A stretch of 63,780 nucleotides of DNA, the filler included, from Folioceros fuciformis (taxonomy: Eukaryota): the NCBI GenBank assembly GCA_049999805.1. It is 6 parts of 6 records of this genome, joined end to end, with 100 filler letters (N's around TTAATTAATTAA, not from the genome) between each part and the next. Parts side by side here need not be neighbours in the genome. Positions count along the whole stretch, not along the records: positions 1 to 15,141 come from JBNGIO010005743.1; positions 15,242 to 28,044 come from JBNGIO010005744.1; 4 more parts are not named here. One strand, given 5' to 3'. The notes beneath the pieces were generated by a model. That model had not been told where the DNA came from. It saw only the letters and a list, made by a program, of their open reading frames with translations, and ran no database searches. Of the stretch, positions 10,764-23,724 are shown piece by piece. Numbering within the stretch: the stretch's first letter is position 1; the number at the start of each line of letters is the position of its first letter. The position numbers were made by a program, and so were the translations under genes.

Positions 10764-13700
10764 TGTTATGTTCCACTCGCATTGAGGGAGGGGGAGCAGA
10801 GAAGCTACTCCTTTCATCGATCTCATGTGAAGTGAGCCACCAAAGAGTGGAAAGATGGGTCATACATGTGTGCACGATGGGTGTCGAGGATATGGCTATT
10901 AGAAGTGAGCCACCAAAGAGTGGAAAGATGACCACATGTGTGCGCGATGGGTGTCGAGGATATGGCTATTAGAGCCCCTATATAAGGCACATTTCAACAA
11001 ATATTCTAATATGTAGTTAATTAGGTTACTGAGATATCATTAGGCATAGTAGTCTCACTTTTAACCGCTTGTGTGTTCACCCCTTGATATGTTGACTCTC
11101 TGAATTGTAACATAGAGTGTTGATCGTGCATGCTGATTTCTTGTTATGGTATCAAAGCCATACAAATCTATGACTGAAATGTACTTCCCACAAAGGGGAT
11201 GCTAACAACATGGTCGGACACGGTAGAAAGAGTTCAGGGAATTTCACCAAATATTCCCCAGCTTTTATCTATCATGGTCATAAACACTTTACTAGAGCAC
11301 CAATAGCTCAGAGGCAACACTTGTCCAATGCAGCTGTGATCCAAGGCCCCTCTGCACATCTTGCAGGAGACATTCCTCTAATGTTTCCTTGCAGGCCATT
11401 CAAAGTCAATTAGAACACATTGAAGGCCGTCAATTACAAGTACTTGCTTTCCTGCAGCACTTCGAGAAATGTCAATGATTAGCCCTCTCCAACATGGTGA
11501 AATGATTACTCGAAAACAGGCTAAAATCATTAATCTGCACAAATCACTGTTTCAATTAGAACAGAAGATCAATCAACTTACTTTAGTTATCATTGGCAAT
11601 TCCTCTAGTTCATCCACAAAAGCAAAAGACAAGCACTTAGCCAATGATGATTGCTTACCCAAGATTCCATGTGTAGAAGATTTCCTAGCTAGTCTCTCTA
11701 TAGCTAGCTGTTTTTCAGGTCCAGATTCAGACTAGATACGGGCGCTAGGCCCTCTAGATGTGGTCTCCGCCCAATCGAGATTACAAACCATTAAGAACTA
11801 GAAAAACCACACCACCATTCATGGCTGGATCAAATTCTGCAGGATCCAGCACCACCACTAAAAAAATAATTCATATAAATATGACTTCAAGGAAAAAGAT
11901 AGGTTTACTGGAAGTGAATACAACATCTGGTCAATGCGAATGTAAGGTATTTTGGAAGATAGCGACTTGTGGGACATTGTCAATGGTACATATGCTAAAC
12001 CTGCAGCAACCAGCACAAATGCAGCACTAGCATCCGACATTGCAGCATGGACCAAAACAGATAAGAGAGCAAGGAATGTGATCCTCTATGGGTTAGACAA
12101 GAGTACTGCTCATCACGTCACAGGTGCAGTAAGTGCAGCTTCGGCTTGGTCAAATCTCAAGTAGCTGTACGAATTTGTGGATGCAATGAGTAAACTGAAT
12201 GTAACCAGGGAATTTTATCATCTGAAGATGAGTGAAACAGACACCGTTGTTGAACATATCAAATCGTTCAGGACAGCCAGAGCAAGATTAGCATCATGCG
12301 GCACAAATTTGGACGAAAGCCAAGCAGCCATAGCTTTGCTTGGCTCTCTCCCTGACAATTACCGCACATTCAAGACAACACAAAATGGTGTTCTCCAGCA
12401 AGCCACTCTTGCGGCAAAGAAGTCACCTGGACAACCAATTGATTTCTCTACCTCGGAGTTGGTTGGAGCCCTCATGGAGGAAGAGGCCTCAAGAGGCCTG
12501 CCTAGCACATCTAATGCTGGAGCCCAAGGAAGAGCCCTCTTTGTGGTCAAAGGAAGAGGAAGAGGTCGAGGCCATGGACGTGGACGTGGCCATCCTCCAT
12601 ATGGCAGTCGACCACCAACTGCAGCACCACGAAGGAAAGGGAGCTGTCACTGGTGTCAAATAGAGGGGCATTATGAAAGAGAATGCCAACGAAAAAAGGC
12701 TGGTGAGCCTAGGAAAGGTGACCCTACCAATACTAACATAGTACAGTGTACTTCTAGTTGTCTGCCTAGTTACCTCTCATAATGATATGGCAAATTGGTA
12801 CGTTGACAGTGGTGCCTCTGCACACATTTGCCATACAAGATCATATTTTACCTCTTACATACCTAGTAAGCATGGCAGCTTTGTTCTCCTAGGTGATGAT
12901 AATGGTTTGATTGTCCAAGGTCGAGGCACAATTCATCTTAGGTGTGCAAGAGGTGAGATCCTGCAACTTGATGATGTCTATCATGTACCTCAGATGGCCC
13001 AAAAATCTGTTATCTGTTAGACAGCTCACAATGTCAGGGAGACATCAGGTTCAATTTACCAGTCATCTATGTGCTATCCAAGACATTAGCAGCTCACCAC
13101 TAGTCTGCATTTGTGAAGGGAGATTGCTACATGACCTTGTCTTGAGTTAGTGTCTGCTCTAGTCTCCAATCTTGCACATTTTTCAAAGCACAGTTATCAG
13201 CCTTGTGGCATTAACGGCTTGCTCATGTCAATTCTCGTAAACTCATGAAACTTAGTCTTAGCAATCTTTACCTAGATAAGATACCTGCCCTGTCTAATGT
13301 CTCTTTCTGTGAGAGTTGCGTTTACTCTCAGAGCCAAGTGTCCCCTTTCCCTATCGGACCTGCAACCACAGCCACACATCCGTTAGATTTGGTCCATACA
13401 GATCTATGTGGCCCTATGTCCTGTCCATCCTTCAACCATTCGTTGTATTTCATGCCGATGGTGGATGATGCCACGAGAATGACCTACACTACTTTTTGAG
13501 GCACAAGTCAGAAGCTGTGGATAGATTCAAGGAGTACATGGATATGGCAGAATGCCAATTGGGCACTCGACTAAAGGCAATTAGAACAGATGGCGGAGGT
13601 GAATTTGTATTAGGTTCCTTTACACAGCTTTGTATATCGAAGGGCATATTGATGCAGAGAAGTGTATCTTATTCCCAGGCACAAAACGGGGTAGCTAAGC

Positions 13701-14600
13701 GATGTCATCAGTGGCTTGTTGAGGCTACTCGCTTAATGCTTCATAGTGCGAATTTGCCCAAGACTTATTGGGCAGAGGCGATCTCAATAGCCACTTACTT
13801 GAAAAATCGCCTCCCCACCTCAGCAATTGACGGCATGACACCCTACCAGGCCTAGACAAGATGCAAACCCTCCTTATTACATATACAAGTGTTTGGAGCA
13901 TCTGCATATTTGCATATACCCAAGCAACTGCGTCAGAAATTGGATTTGAAGGCCACCAAACTCCTTTTTGTCGGCTACACGGAAGGCATCAAAGGCTACA
14001 GGTTGGTGCATCCCCAAACTCACCAGATTACATATTGAAGGAGTGTAGTTATCGAAAAACAATCTCTGCTATTCAGCAGAAGTGGGAGAGATTTGAAGAA
14101 CTACCCAGTGGCATCTGAACCAATCGATCCTGTACAAGTTGGTCCCTTGCAATTGGATTCTGACACTGCAGACATGAGTGAGAGCGATGCTGACCAACAG
14201 CTGTCGCTGTGGGATTTTGAGGACAGTGGAAGCACATACTCTATCCCAGGGCCAACACTTGATCAATCTTTACACCCTGCACTTCCCACACTTGCACCTG
14301 CCATAGATCCCCACAACGTGGAGTCAACTCCTGTGCCTGCAGCACCTCCTCATACTCCTACAGCGCCTAGTCTAGTAGATCAGCCTCAGCCCGATCCTAC
14401 GGCGCCTTCCGTGCCTGTTTCTCCACAAGAACGCGCAGACCCCCAACTTGGCTTGAGCCATACCACCTTGGCGATGCTCGTGTAACCTTAGGGGAGGGAC
14501 TCGCCTCCTCAAGAGCAGCATTTGGGCACACATCTGGCCACACGCCTCATCTCTTGCACCCATAACTTGCTTAGGCCTCATCAACAGATCCCGTTTCTAC
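10764..14600 (+). mobile_element. Degenerate Ty1/copia LTR retrotransposon, 5' part (LTR, PBS, leader, gag, PR, INT); RT/RH absent
   Basis: Putative LTR about 10764-11146 with TATA (cctatataag, about 10977) and an internal duplication of about 72 nt. PBS TGGTATCAAAGC at 11147. Gag (W.MRM..ILEDSDLWDIV, LLGSLPDNY, CHWCQIEGHYEREC), protease WYVDSGAS and integrase (LDLVHTDLCGPM, IRTDGGGEF, QNGVAKR). Many stops and frameshifts. Confidence 0.9.
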
Positions 14601-14658
14601 TCCCGTTTCTACACCACCCTTTCCAAATACCCAAAATACCAATTCTTTTACTGCCTCC

Positions 14659-15141
14659 TGTGGTGGAAAAAATCCGGGGACACCCAGGGGCTTTCCTCTA
14701 GGGGCCACACCTATCCCGCTGTCGTGTAGTCTAGCAGGTTTCGTTCCCTCGAAGGAGAGCCTGTCCCAGTTGTGCGTGTGAACGACTCTACTCGTACCTC
14801 TCTTCTACCACGATCCTCGCGAGCCTGAATACACCTCCTGCCTGCCAACCACGCCTCTGCTGCCGGCGACTCACTCCGGTAGGACACCCACGTTCCTCAC
14901 TCTCTTCCCAGGTTACTTCCTTGTGTCCAGTCCAACACTTCCTCCCTTGCTCTCGTCTTTTCTTCTCCTCGATCTAATCCTCCCGGACTAGCCTCCCCTT
15001 CTCAACTCAACTCCCTCAACTCCTCGACTCCATACCCACCTGACTTCGTTCACGAGGAGGACCACTGATGCGGTGGTAGCGAAGACCTCCAGTCAGCTCG
15101 CGCTGAGTCGAAGACCCGGGCCCTTCTCGACAAACTCACCC
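14659..15141. mobile_element. Probable LTR end of a second retroelement, cut by the contig end
   Basis: Abrupt TGTGG start followed by C/T-rich low-complexity sequence, similar in style to 53309-54124. Confidence 0.4.
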
Positions 15142-15241
15142 NNNNNNNNNNNNNNNNNNNNNNNNNNNNNNNNNNNNNNNNNNNNTTAATTAATTAANNN
15201 NNNNNNNNNNNNNNNNNNNNNNNNNNNNNNNNNNNNNNNNN
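15142..15241. other. Artificial contig linker (N44-TTAATTAATTAA-N44)
   Basis: Six-frame stop spacer inside an N run; the same structure occurs five times. Confidence 0.98.
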
Positions 15242-15665
15242 GTAGGGTGCAGAATGGATGAGCCTGGCCCATATCTTGCCCGTGATGAGAGCCAGGGGTC
15301 CGGCGGCCGCTTTTCTGATACACGGCTCAAAGAAGATTGGGAGGAAAGGGTTTTGGGTCCAGCACCTGGACCTTCGTTGATGACAAGGACGCCTTCTGTG
15401 GGTACAGAAGGTTTGCGGAAAACGAAGCGCAGAGAAAATGGCTCGAGCAAGTCTAGGCTGAGGCACGAGTCAAGAAAAGAGGAGAAGAGGAAAAAGAGGG
15501 AAGAATCTTCGAAAAGAAAGAGATGCTGAGAGTAGGAGAAGCTGGTGATGTACCTCGACTCTGCGGGTCTCGGTGAACGCCGGTGCCAGCAGTGTGAAAG
15601 CGTTGGGAACCAGGTGAGGGGATTGTGTCTTGTTTGACAAGCTAGGTGTGGCATTTATAGCTACG
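15242..15665 (-). promoter_or_regulatory. Possible TATA promoter and 5' end of an unidentified minus-strand transcript, cut by the contig end
   Basis: CTATAAAT on the minus strand (about 15654-15661), then a GAG|GTAC donor (about 15553), a pyrimidine-rich intron-like tract and a CACAG acceptor. Confidence 0.3.
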
Positions 15666-16323
15666 CAGAGTCGGCACTGGAGGGTTTTCAGTGCGGGAGA
15701 TGACGGCCGGAGGCTGTCAACATGCACAGAGGGAGATGGGGAGAGGAGAATGATTTATGGTTCTCGTGTTTCTTTGAGCTTGTCCAGGGAGCTCATTCTA
15801 GGGTCGGACCGTCCTCGTTTGTGTGACACATCCTCAGTACCTTGAGTGTGTACCTCCTGCTACTGGCATGATAGCGACCCACCCAGTGAAGGAAGGGGAA
15901 CAAGAAGGGGAGGTATGTAGGATGCATGTATATATTGCGCGATGTATTAATTCCAGTGACTGGGCATTGAGGTGCGAAATAATAGATAGCACTTATTTTT
16001 CTTTCTGCAGATGGCAAAACAAGCTTGGCCTCGTGACTCTGCATCCTCAACAGGTTATTGGGACCCTAGACCATTCTGCACCTAGAGAGACCCGCAACAA
16101 CGCAAAGCAAGCGCGAGCAAGGGCAGGGCAGGGCAGGCCAGGGATGGCAGAGAAAGGGGGGGGTGCAGAAGGAAGTGCAGTCCTGAGTCTCGAGAGAGAG
16201 TTAGAGAGGTTAAACATGAGGGATGATGATTAGGAACTAATTAGGGCCGATTGTAGCAGTGTCTCGCTAATTAGCATGCATGCAGCCAAAAAAAGCAGTC
16301 GAAGACGCAGAGTAGTAAAGAAA

Positions 16324-18048
16324 CTAGTATTCCTCCGCCTCCTCTCCCTCTCCCTCGGCCGAGTCCTGGCCGACCTCCTCGAAATCCTTCTCCAGCGCTG
16401 CCAGATCCTCGCGAGCCTCGGAAAACTCTCCCTCCTCCATGCCCTCTCCCACGTACCAGTGCACGAAGGCGCGCTTGGCATACATGAGGTCGAACTTGTG
16501 GTCGAGGCGGGAGAAGACCTCGCCGATGCTGGTGGTGTTGCTGATCATGCACACGGCGCGCTGCACCTTGGCCAGGTCTCCGCCAGGCACCACAGTCGGA
16601 GGCTGGTAGTTGATGCCCACCTTGAATCCGGTGGGGCACCAGTCCACGAACTGGATGGTGCGCTTGGTCTTGATGGTGCCGATGCTGGCGTTCACGTCCT
16701 TGGGCACCACATCCCCGCGGTACATCATGCAGCACGCCATGTACTTGCCGTGCCGGGGATCGCACTTGGCCATCATCGCCGAAGGCTCGAATGTGCTGTT
16801 GGTGATCTCCGACACAGACAGCTGCTCGTGGTACGCCTTCTCGGCCGAGATCACCGGCGCGTACGACGAGAGCATGAAGTGGATCCGCGGGTATGGCACC
16901 AGGTTGGTTTGGAACTCCGTCATGTCCACGTTCAGCGCTCCGTCGAACCTCAGCGACGCCGTCAGGGACGATATCACCTGCACAACATTGGCAAGAACGT
17001 TATACTATGCACCACCCAGTGCACACGCAAAGTGACGGGAGTGGATCTAGGAAGTAGAATTCCTTCATTGTTGTTCACCTGAGACACCAGGCGGTTGAGA
17101 TTGGTGTAGGTGGGCCGCTCGATGTCCAGGGACCGCCGGCAGATGTCGTAGATGGCCTCGTTGTCCAGCATCACGGCCACATCGGTGTGCTCCAGCAGGG
17201 AGTGGGTGGAGAGCACGCTGTTGTACGGCTCCACCACGGCCGTGCAGATCTGGGGGGACGGGTACACTGTGAAGGCCAACTTGGATTTCTTGCCGTAATC
17301 CACAGACAGGCGTTCCAGCAGGAGAGAGCCCAGGCCAGATCCGGTGCCTCCGCCCACGGCATTGAACATGAGGAATCCTTGCAGGCCGGTGCAGTTGTCC
17401 GCCAGCTTTCTGATCCTGTCAAGGCACAGGTCCACGATTTCCTTGCCGACTGCAATCCATGTTGTCGTAAACGTGTCTGAGTCAGAATGCAAAATGCATA
17501 CACTTGGATCTGCACAATTGCAATCCTTGTCTGGAACGTGAACCATCTGTCTCATGGTCAGAGCAGAGCAGGGCGTACTGGTGTAATGGCCGCGGGCGAA
17601 GTTGTTGGCGGCGTCCTCCTTCCCGGAGATGAGCTGCTCCGGGTGGAAGAGCTGGCGATAGGTGCCGGTACGGACCTCGTCCACCACCGTCGGCTCCAGG
17701 TCCAGCAGCACAGCGCGGGGGACGTGCTTGCCTGCGCCCGTCTCGCTGAAGAAGGTGTTGAATGCGTCGTCTCCTCCTCCTACAGTCTTGTCGCTCGGCA
17801 TTTGCCCATCAGGCTGCACCAATGTTCGACAACACAATGATACAGACATGAAATTGCTTGGCATTGCGCGCCGCCGCCGGCGCCGCCGCAGTGTGGGATT
17901 TGGATTAAGCGGGGGAAATCATGCAACAATTATTGCTTGGAATTGTGTGGCGCACCTGAATGCCGTGCTCCAGGCAGTAAAGCTCCCAGCAGGCATTGCC
18001 CACCTGGATACCGGCCTGGCCGATGTGGATGGAGATGCACTCTCTCAT
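16324..18048 (-). CDS. TUA: Alpha-tubulin, 450 aa, 4 exons
   Basis: Exons 18048-17956, 17813-17579, 17449-17079 and 16977-16324 sum to 1353 nt. [28 protein letters not shown]..., GGGTGSG, K40 retained, C-terminal EEY. Confidence 0.98.
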
Positions 18049-18544
18049 CTTGGACGATGCTTAATTTTCTCCGGCCCCGGGAACTTCGAGGGAGAGGGAG
18101 GGAAGGAAATGGGCGCTGCAAGGCTGCAATTCTGGGGGCCGGCGCAGCTTCTGAGAGGCAGAAGCAGAGCGGCGTGCTCTCACCAGCTTGTGTCCTGGGG
18201 GAATGAAGAGTCTCGGGGAACAGGACGTTGGGCAGAGAAAGGCTGCAGCGGCGAGACAGTTGCCTGGTCAACTAACTGCCCCACGTGCCACGCGAATGCA
18301 ACTGCCGTCATCCGCCATTTCCCACGCCGGCTGACAGGGTTCTTCCTACCGGTTTGCCCCCGCAACGGCTAACGGTCGCCACCCACGATACGAAATGGGC
18401 GGCCCGAGTCCCGACTGTTCAGGGCCTCAGCTGAAAACATACATATTGTATAACCAAACCGCTTGGCTCGCAAGGCCCCGACACAAAATATCAAATTTGA
18501 AGAGAAGGACCCAGGATTGGACTCTGGACTCCCTGCGTGTCCTT

Positions 18545-21500
18545 TCAGCGGAGCCAGTTCTTGTTCACAGCTTGTTTCAGGCGGTTTGCTACATTGGCCA
18601 CATCAGGCAATGTTAACATGGACGGTCTGTCTGGGAATTTGGGAAAGCTTCCTGGGTTTAACAGTAAGCTCCTCCTCTCCATCTTCTCTGGTGCTACAAC
18701 ATCGTCCTCTTCCTCTTCTTCCGATGATCGACCCATCTTGGAAGCTGGTAATCTATCGGAGGCTCGTTCCGGCGGCCTGTCATGTGCACTGTATCTCTCT
18801 GGGCTATGTCTCTGGTATTGGCTCCCGTCACCGCTCCTCTGCATGTTCTGCTCCGAGTTGCTATACCTGTTAGGAATCTTTGGCTCCGAGGAGGTGTTGT
18901 GTCTGTCTCCACCTTTTTGGATATTCTGCTCAGATGGGGCATAATATCTGTCTGCATCCCTATGCACATTCTGCTCCGAGGAAGTGCTGTATCGATCTCC
19001 ACTCTTCTGGATATTTTGTCCAGACGGGGCATTGTATTTGTCGACGCCTCTCTGCTCGTACGAGTCATACCTGTCTGGAGGCCTTTGGAAGTTGTGGTCA
19101 GAATTCCTTGGGCCGGTGCCCATAGGCATTCTCTGCATAACTTCGTCGTTTCTTGTTGGGGTTCGGTAGCTCGGATCCGAGTACTTCCTTGAACCACTGT
19201 ACTGGGCTGACTGCACACCCTCTGCCCGTTGCGTGTCAGCCCAGTTTTGTGCGTTTTGCGGTGAGTTCTGGACAGGAGGTTTCTTCTGTATGGGCGGCAT
19301 GTCGTCTGACTCTGCATCCTGCATCTGCTTCATGTCATCTATGTTGAGAACATGAAAACAATGTACAAGTTCATCTTGGGATCAGTGCCGGCAACAGGTG
19401 AAAATCTTTTGCCTCAGTTTTGCAGGGTGCGTGGACCACCTTGGTAAAGCGAAGTCGGGCTCTCCAAATCTGGCTGCCCTTGGTTATTAGCAGCGAAAAA
19501 GGGTTGTAGATACTTCTTATCGAGAGTGGCAAATGATGTGCTGAACAGTAAACGACACTCCAGAATGAAAAACACACACACTGCTAGTCTGGACACAAAG
19601 CTGATCCATAACGTTTAGAAGCGGAAATTGGATCTCTCACTCATTTTTGAGTTGACGAAGCTTTCTTTGAATCTTCCTTTTCTGCGCAGTCAATATTTGC
19701 AGCTGTCCTACAGCATCTTCGTACTCCATATCCTCATTTCCATCCTCTGTGGCGTCAATCTCTGGGCCCTAGAAAGTCCAATGGCAACGACATGCCGCAA
19801 CGAGTGAGATATGGACCACAACTAGCCACACCAAAGCTTTAGTTGGTATTGTGACCGTACCGTGGTGGGTGACTCTGGTAGCTCGATCTGTAAAAAAAAT
19901 TCAAGCCAATGTCGAGGTAAGGGAAGTTATAGATGGCATCCCAATTGAACTCTAACCACGTTCTCGCATGTTACCTCTTCGTCGTGACCCGATGGACCAT
20001 GGAGGTCAATTTCTAGTTTTTCCAGCATGTTTGACGTAGAGCCTCCAATCAGCAGGACCTGATTGACTACCGGATGAAAGGAATTTCTTTATTTCCCAAT
20101 CACACTGGCATGGCTGTCCCTCGTGAACTTCATTAAAATTGGACATACCACATGTCCTAAAACTTACAGTGAAGAAGATGGTGAACAATGTAGACGTCAG
20201 TAGAACTCGGCCATGCGTTGGAAGGTCTGTCACAGACTGCATGGAGAGGGCAAAGGCCATAGCTCCTCGCAGACCTGGAAACATTCTCGCCGCTTCCAAT
20301 GAGGAAGGCAGCCTCTCTATGAATGCCAACTTCACTTGAGAGTCGATTTTCACCTACCACTGTACCAGAGAGCATGCTGATGATTGATTGGGATATGCCT
20401 GGAAGGCTCACGATAGTAGTTAACGAGATAAGCACAGGGGTATACGTTAACAATCCTGTGAAACGATGATTTCGGCATTTTCAAACATAGCTCAGCGTAT
20501 CACGTCCACTCTTCTTGAACTAAGCTTATACGAGCTTTACACAGCAGCTAATGGACGGAAAACAGACCCTAACGCAGACAGTGTACTCACCTTGCAAGAA
20601 GAATGCTGATCTGCAGACAATCAAATAAGCCTTAGGGTCAAGGAGACATTTTCCCCATGCTTCAAAGCTGCCAATTAATAGGTCAAGTACTCCAGACATG
20701 AAGGTTTGAGCACTAACAGCAGGGGGCGGATCATGGCTGTTCCTTCTTGTGATTCAGATAACCGGGTAGCATGCAATTGCAAAAGGGTGGTTCACGTAAC
20801 CAGATCAGCATGCATATCAGAATACGAAAAAAGATACAATGGTAAAAAACGTGAAACCAATGTTGTCCCAGCTTTGTTTTTCCAGAAACATGGCAACGCC
20901 CATGTACACAAATCTGCAACACACATATCAAACGCCGACTCCATCTCTAGGGCAAACTCAGGAGGATATACGGACAAAAGGCAAGCAAGTGGACATGAGG
21001 CTACCTACACAAATGTTTCTGAAAGCTTAGCCAACATTAGAAAGAACTGGGTAGTGATTTCTCTGGCTTGCTGTGAAAGATTTGGAGCTGTGTAATATTT
21101 CATGGTCTGCAAAAACGTTTCATTGTGGCACATAAAACATCTCACCACCTGATTGCATCTAGAATGAACGACAAACGGGGGATAGAGGGAGCATGTCTGT
21201 CAAATACAGATGTACGGTAAGGGTAATCATCAAAACGTGCGTTCTACATGTCTGACTCACAGACTCAAGCCATTGAGAGTATCCGAGCACTTACAATTCC
21301 CGCAAAAAGAATAGAAACAATCCCAGATAGCTCCATTGCATCAGCCATCATGTATGCAAGGTAAGGAAACAGCACCACTAGGCAAGACTCCAGAATCCCA
21401 AGCCTGTTTCCACACAGAATGGATACATAAACCTTGAATGTGACAAATGCTCCAAAATTCTGAATCCCTGTCTCTTATCTTATTCGGACAACACCGTGGC

Positions 21501-23417
21501 AAAGAAAAAAAACAAGAACAGCCTTACTCTCTCTCTTGGAAACCTCCATACTTAAACAGGAGTGCACTGAGCAATGACACTAACACACCTGTGGCGCAGA
21601 GAGCAAGCAAACGACCCAAGGTTAGCAGGCACCCAGAAGAATGAAAATTGACTAACGATTGCATAATGAGCAACTCCACCTTGCCAGAAACTACAATGAA
21701 AGAATCAGCACTAGCAAAACTACCGATTGAGAAAGAACCGATGAAAATCACAATAAAAAACCACAACGCTCCAAACAAGCCACGGTCACTTCCAGGATGG
21801 ACCACAAACGAAAGGACAGTCCTGGCAGGAGACAACAAGCTCATTAGCAACAAGCACGATGGTCCTGTCATTAAATTTTCCAGTCCTGGAACTAACTGTA
21901 TATGCAAGTGCAAGGTCACATCTTTCCCAGAACCATAAAACTCTCAGAAGCTGTACATACTTGTACATGACTATAGCCACCTGCATGCATGCCATCAAAG
22001 CAACAATGAGTCTCACCGACGGGATACAACCCTTCGATGCAACAAGTTGACAAACAGCTGGGAGCTATCAAAATTAATAGCCCAGCCCACCTTCTTCATT
22101 GACCCAAGATGCCAGGAAGCAATTGAAGTATGGCACAGTGTTTCAGCACAGACTTACAGCATCATTCAGCACAGACTCCCCAAACACATACGCATAAAGG
22201 TTGGGATTAACTCCTAGTTCCTGGAGCACACGGGCAGAAGTATCACAGATCAGACCTCACGAAAGGAGAAGCTGATTACTGCATGCACAGAAATAACAAA
22301 CGTTTTGATGGAGAGACCTTACGTTAAAAATAGCAAGGACAGTCACAGGATCAGTTGCAGAGATGAGGGCGCCAAAAGCCAAGCAAACCATAAATGGCAT
22401 CTGGTAAGTGAGATTCAAGGCCCCAAAAAACCAGCTGAGCAACCAGGAGAGTGTTAGCGGGCTTGGCTATCGGTTGATGAGTCGGACATATTTCCTGCAG
22501 GCTGTGGGAGTTGATTAAGAAGCAGAATGTTCCTTACACAAGAATGCCAACCGCAAAAGTTGACAGAAGTGTGCCTCCAAAAGCAAAGACGCAGATTGCA
22601 CCGAAGTTGTCAAAAAAAGGTTTCTGCGAAATGCCATCGAATTGATGCAGGACCCTTTTCAATGCAGCTTAAAACTCTAAACAAACGAAAATCCACCACA
22701 GGCATCCAGCAGAAGAGAAGGATGGCTTACGGTCTTCAAACTCCAACCGGATTCGGTGCAGAAAGGAATGTGTCAAGGGTTATCACAGTGCTGGATCAAG
22801 TCATGTGCTAACAGGCCATGTCTAAGCAGCGTTTAGGCCCATTCAAAGGATATAATATGATCGGAGGCAGAAGAAAATAGAAGAAAAAGCGGTTGTTAAA
22901 ATCTATCCATTTCCTGCACCACAGGCATACAACGTGTTGCAAAAGCAAAATCCACTACATCCAAAGACGTGCCAGAAGCAGTTCCAACTACGACAATGTA
23001 TGACTATTGAGGACGTCACACATCATCCATTTGCACAATTCAATTCACCTGAAGCCTTTTTCCTCGCCAACAAATGTTACCATCAATCCAACGACAACGC
23101 CTGCAGGATGGGGAGTGCTTTGCGTTCAGAGAGAAGCAGACAAAACGACCTATGGAAGCTTCATCCCCCGTGTCAAGCGGTCGTATCATCGTCATCTTCT
23201 CACTCAGACGAGAGAACTCAGTCCATCACACATTCCAAATGCAGTACCACATACCAAGGAGCAGAGCGGCGCCAGCCTCATGCACTATCAATATCTTTTT
23301 GCGCCGCAGCACATGGCCGATGATGAACGTAGTACCGAGCATCAGGATTTGTACCATGATGGACAAACTGGCCACGTTCTCTGCCTCCTCATCCTCCACA
23401 TCAGGCGGGGAAGCCAT
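18545..23417 (-). CDS. NHX: Endosomal-class Na+/H+ exchanger (NHX5/NHX6-like, CPA1), many short exons, long hydrophilic C-terminal tail
   Basis: Exons translate to [89 protein letters not shown] and [13 protein letters not shown]. The last exon (about 19340-18545) is low-complexity. Confidence 0.93.
20611..20837 (-). other. Probable U12-type GT-AG intron in the NHX gene
   Basis: Donor |GTATCTTTTT, branch TCCTTGAC (20644-20637), acceptor TGCAG|. Joins GFTFFTI-ISILLAR. Confidence 0.65.
22756..22853 (-). other. U12-type AT-AC intron in the NHX gene
   Basis: Donor |ATATCCTTTG, branch CCCTTGAC (22779-22772), acceptor GCAC|. Splicing restores [13 protein letters not shown] in frame. Confidence 0.9.
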
Positions 23418-23724
23418 CCGAATCTACCAGAATTGGCAGAAGAGAACTCAAATCAGCATTCCAGCACCGCAGCCTGCACGCAACGCTGACGTGAATCTTC
23501 TTCCGCCAGGTTTTCTGCCCATCCCTCCTGGCGCCGTGAGAGCACCCGATTCCGCCATCTCCGCATCCACGACTCTAGATCCGCTTTCGGGAAAACAGGA
23601 CTCTTTAACCGCGTGCGGTTAACTAACCTGGACGTCTGGTTATTGAACCTCAGCTAGGGCTGAGAATTGACAATTCTAGGTTCAGCGTTGGAGCACAAGG
23701 CTCGAGCAACGCATATTCCTTCCG

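Noticed and set aside
16276..18372. Long plus-strand ORFs opposite tubulin (similar ones oppose RPS7 and PRP38)
   Set aside because: Antisense shadows of GC3-rich or repetitive coding sequence.
20960..20972. ATATCCTCC inside an NHX intron as a third U12 donor
   Set aside because: Imperfect match, and the GT-AG junction ETFV|FVYMG already restores the frame.
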